Below are positions 7,914-10,615 of a stretch of DNA of 10,615 nt, one piece after another. Source of the stretch: Armatimonadota bacterium (GTDB lineage Bacteria > Sysuimicrobiota > Sysuimicrobiia > Sysuimicrobiales > Humicultoraceae). The stretch's first letter is position 1. Each line of letters begins with the position of its first letter. The notes below the pieces were generated by a model, which had not been told where the DNA came from, made no database searches, and saw only the letters and a list, made by a program, of their open reading frames with translations. Made by a program: the position numbers and the translations under genes. The stretch lies in the NCBI GenBank assembly GCA_037446215.1, contig JBBIJB010000041.1:1-10615 (forward strand), read 5' to 3'.

Positions 7914-9078
7914 TAGGGGTTCCCGGCGCGTCTTCCTCGTGGCCGGTGAGGTCTCGGGCGACCTGCACGGCGCCGAGCTGGCCCGTGAGATCGCAGCACT
8001 GGCCCCAGGAGTGCGCCTGGAGGGAGTAGGGGGGGCCCGGATGGCCGCGGCGGGCGTGAGGCTCGTCGAGGAGAGCGGCGAGTGGGGAATAATGGGTTGG
8101 GTCGAGGCCGCCAGGCACGCCCGACCGTTCCTGCGCAGGTTGTCCAGCCTGACCTCCTACCTCCTCGCCGACCCGCCGGAGTTGCTGGTCCCGATAGACT
8201 TCCCGGGCTTCAATCTGGCTCTCCTGCGACGGGTGGGCGCCAGGATCCGGTCGGTCTACTACGTCCCGCCCATGGTGTCGGTGCGGCGCGGGAGCCGCGC
8301 GCGGCGGGTTGCCTCGCTGGGCGCCCGGCTGCTCGCAATCTTCCCCTTCGAGGCGGAGGCCTATCGGCGTGCCGGCGCGGACGTGGCATTCGTGGGCCAT
8401 CCTGCGGCAGGGCTGCGGGAAGAGGTGGAGCCGTGCGACTCCGTTCGCGCGCGCCTCGGCGTGCCCGAAGGCGCCGAGGTGGCGGGCCTGTTCCCGGGGA
8501 GCCGGAGGCAGGAGCTGGACAGCCTGCTGGGCCCGATGCTGGGCACCGCCCGTGCCATCTCCGCCGAGCGCCCCGGCACCCTCTTCCTCCTGGCCGTTGC
8601 CTCTCCACTCCTCCGGGGCCAGATCGAGGAAGCCGTGGCCTCTTCAGGCGTGCGCGTCGCGCTGGTCGACCGCTCGCTGGACGTGCTCGCGGCCAGCGAC
8701 GTGGTGCTGATCGCTTCCGGAACCGCGGCCGTCGAGGCGATGGTCCTGGGGGTGCCTATGGTCGTGGCGTACAGCGTGTCGCCGCTGAACTGGCTGATTG
8801 CGCGCCTCGCCCTCAAGACCAGGTTCGCCTCGATCCCCAACATACTCGCCGGGGAGGCGTTGGTGCCGGAGCTGCTGCAGGGGAGGGCCACACCCGCATC
8901 GATGAGCGGCGAGGTCCTGGCACTCCTGCGTAGTCCCTCGGCACGCGAGGCGATGCGTGCCCGGCTGCTGCGCCTCTCCGGGGAGTTGGGTTCGCCCGGC
9001 GCCGCACGGCGGGCCGCGCTCGAGGTGCTGGCCGCGCTCGGCGCGCCTGCCTTGAAGCCCGGCGGTGCAATCGAGTAA
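7903..9078 (+). CDS. lpxB: Lipid-A-disaccharide synthase LpxB
   Basis: AGEVSGDLHG, GVGGARM, IMGWVE, IDFPGFN, IFPFE, FVGHP, FPGSRRQE, ASGTAAVE, PMVVAY, SIPNILAG..LVPELLQ. Start inferred at GTG 7903 overlapping lpxI (exact start uncertain). Confidence 0.93.
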   Translation: MSPDRGSRRVFLVAGEVSGDLHGAELAREIAALAPGVRLEGVGGARMAAAGVRLVEESGEWGIMGWVEAARHARPFLRRLSSLTSYLLADPPELLVPIDFPGFNLALLRRVGARIRSVYYVPPMVSVRRGSRARRVASLGARLLAIFPFEAEAYRRAGADVAFVGHPAAGLREEVEPCDSVRARLGVPEGAEVAGLFPGSRRQELDSLLGPMLGTARAISAERPGTLFLLAVASPLLRGQIEEAVASSGVRVALVDRSLDVLAASDVVLIASGTAAVEAMVLGVPMVVAYSVSPLNWLIARLALKTRFASIPNILAGEALVPELLQGRATPASMSGEVLALLRSPSAREAMRARLLRLSGELGSPGAARRAALEVLAALGAPALKPGGAIE

Positions 9079-9099
9079 GGTGGTCTAGAGGACAGCGAC

Positions 9100-9735
9100 G
9101 TGACGGGTAATAGGGCTGAAAGCCGCAGGGGGTCTATCTCTCCGAGGGCAGGGCGCTGGATGGGCGCGGCGCTCGCCGCCGGCGTGGTCGCCCTGGTCAT
9201 CAGGACGCTGCTTCAGGCGCCCGCGCCGACGCCCGCCGGAACAGGATCGCCGCCGGGGAGCCAGGCCTCGACGCCCAGGCCTTCCCCGACCGCGACGATC
9301 GCCAGGGTGCCCCCCGTGGAGGTCAAGCGTACCGCCATCTCGACGGTTGACTCCGAGGGCCGCCTCCAGTGGGAGATCCGGGCCGAGACGGCCTCGGTGG
9401 ACAGCCTCTCGAGGACGGCCACCCTGACCCGCGTCGAGGGCACCTACTTCCACGAGGGCGGGCCCGCGGTCACCTTCGCGGCCCCGAAGGGCACCTTCTT
9501 CGTGGCGACCCGCAACATGACCCTCTCCGACGGCGTCAGGGCTCGCGCCGCCGGAGGGGAGACGCTTGAGGCAAAGGTCGTCCGCTGGGATCCGGGAAGG
9601 GCTCAGATAGAGGCCACCGGCTCGGTCGTGCTCCGGCAGGGAGGTATGACCGTCCGGGCGGACCGCCTCATGACAGACACATCCCTGCGCCTCTCCAGCA
9701 TGAGCGGGAACGTCCGTGTCACCGTGGATCGGTAG
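9100..9735 (+). CDS. lptC: LPS export periplasmic protein LptC
   Basis: Single N-terminal hydrophobic anchor, Pro/Ser/Thr linker, GRLQWEIRAE motif, four beta-jellyroll units; GTG start with AGAGGA upstream (alternative ATG 9160); precedes lptA-like and lptB-like genes. Confidence 0.82.
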   Translation: MTGNRAESRRGSISPRAGRWMGAALAAGVVALVIRTLLQAPAPTPAGTGSPPGSQASTPRPSPTATIARVPPVEVKRTAISTVDSEGRLQWEIRAETASVDSLSRTATLTRVEGTYFHEGGPAVTFAAPKGTFFVATRNMTLSDGVRARAAGGETLEAKVVRWDPGRAQIEATGSVVLRQGGMTVRADRLMTDTSLRLSSMSGNVRVTVDR

Positions 9736-10561
9736 CCGCCCCTCGGCGGCGGGCGCAGCCCTGGCGGCACTCCTCGTCCTGGCCTTCCTCTGTGCCCCGG
9801 CCGCCGGAGCGCCCGCTCCGACGCAGACCCGCTCCGATTCCATCGAGATCAGCGGCGCCACGCTGCTCGAGTACAGCGATGCCACGGGCAGGTGGACGGC
9901 CGAGGGAAGCCCAGTCGCGGTGACGCGAGGGCAGACGCGCCTCACCGCGCCCCGGATAGTCTATGAGCAGCGGGCAGGGACGATCACCGCCAGCGGCGGC
10001 GCGGCGCTGTCGGAGCCCGGCCTCTCGGTGCGCGCCGACGAGGCGCGCCTCCGCCTATCCGACGACACGGTACGCGCCCGGGGCAGCGTGCGGGTGATCT
10101 CCTCCAGGGATGGCCCGCCGATCGAGCTAGCCGCGGCCGAGGTCGAGGGGATGCTGCGGGCCCGAAGGTTCGCGGCGGGCGGGGCCGTCTCGCTCTCTAG
10201 AGGGGAGTGGAGGCTCTCCGGCGAGAGGCTCGACTACGACGACGCGGCGCGCGTGGCGCGGGTCACCGGGGGGCCGACGGCAGGCTTCGGCGAGGCGGTG
10301 ATGACAGCGGACGCCATCACCCTCTACGTCGCCGAGGAAGTGGCGAGGGGAGAGGGAGCGGTCAGGTTGCGGCGGGGCGAGCTCCTGGGTACTGCGCGCC
10401 GCATCGACATCGTGTTGAGGGAGGGAAGGGCGGTCCTGATGGGGAACGCACGGGTTGAGCGCGGCGCAGACCAAGTCTCCGCCGAGGAGATCGAGGTCGC
10501 CCTCGACGGGTCGTGGGTCTCAGCCCGCGGGGGGTCGCGCCTCATCCTCACGCCGCCCTAA
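9716..10561 (+). CDS. lptA: LptA/OstA-family beta-jellyroll periplasmic protein, about twice normal length (281 aa)
   Basis: Signal peptide, then about 8 repeats of a ~29-aa unit with pattern LxA.xIxY....xxAxGxVxxxxG; located between lptC and lptB. Confidence 0.78.
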   Translation: MSPWIGSRPSAAGAALAALLVLAFLCAPAAGAPAPTQTRSDSIEISGATLLEYSDATGRWTAEGSPVAVTRGQTRLTAPRIVYEQRAGTITASGGAALSEPGLSVRADEARLRLSDDTVRARGSVRVISSRDGPPIELAAAEVEGMLRARRFAAGGAVSLSRGEWRLSGERLDYDDAARVARVTGGPTAGFGEAVMTADAITLYVAEEVARGEGAVRLRRGELLGTARRIDIVLREGRAVLMGNARVERGADQVSAEEIEVALDGSWVSARGGSRLILTPP

Positions 10562-10572
10562 GCCGCCAAGAG

Positions 10573-10615
10573 ATGCTTGCGACGAGAGGTCTCTACAAGC
10601 AGTACGGTGGACGCA
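10573..10615 (+). CDS. lptB: 5' fragment of ABC ATPase, probably LPS export ATPase LptB (truncated by window edge)
   Basis: ATG 10573 gives MLATRGLYKQYGGR, matching the LptB-type start L...L.K.Y..R; synteny lptC-lptA-lptB; only 14 codons visible. Confidence 0.65.
   Translation, partial: MLATRGLYKQYGGR

Noticed and set aside
9105..9145. Slightly AT-richer stretch with TAATAG and small hairpin GGCT-GAA-AGCC as an internal promoter for lptCAB
   Set aside because: 4-bp stem and weak -10 match are within chance; the region is probably coding if the GTG 9100 start is used
128..10551. Many long minus-strand and alternate-frame ORFs (e.g. 2936-3754, 4919-5743, 6160-7026, 8361-9200, 9085-9945)
   Set aside because: They fully overlap well-supported + strand genes, have low-complexity R/P/A/G/S composition and no motifs; typical shadow ORFs of high-GC DNA

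Overview
GC-rich bacterial window filled by one densely packed, mostly overlapping + strand outer-membrane biogenesis operon: three Skp/OmpH paralogues (two with lipoboxes, one carrying a ~275-aa coiled-coil insertion), lpxD, an unknown 598-aa secreted multidomain protein, lpxC, fabZ, lpxA, lpxI, lpxB, lptC, a double-length LptA/OstA-like protein and the first codons of a probable lptB. The layout resembles the OM/LPS clusters of diderm Terrabacteria. Three things stand out. (1) LpxA, LpxB and LpxC keep their main catalytic residues but have replaced several normally conserved substrate-contact residues, and lpxB abuts lptC with no msbA/lpxK/waaA/kds genes between them; this hints at a non-canonical lipid A-like glycolipid. 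(2) An uncharacterised secreted protein is coupled by ATGA overlaps to both lpxD and lpxC. (3) The Skp and LptA periplasmic components are elongated. No RNA genes, mobile elements or CRISPR arrays were seen. All family calls come from motif recognition by eye, not database searches.
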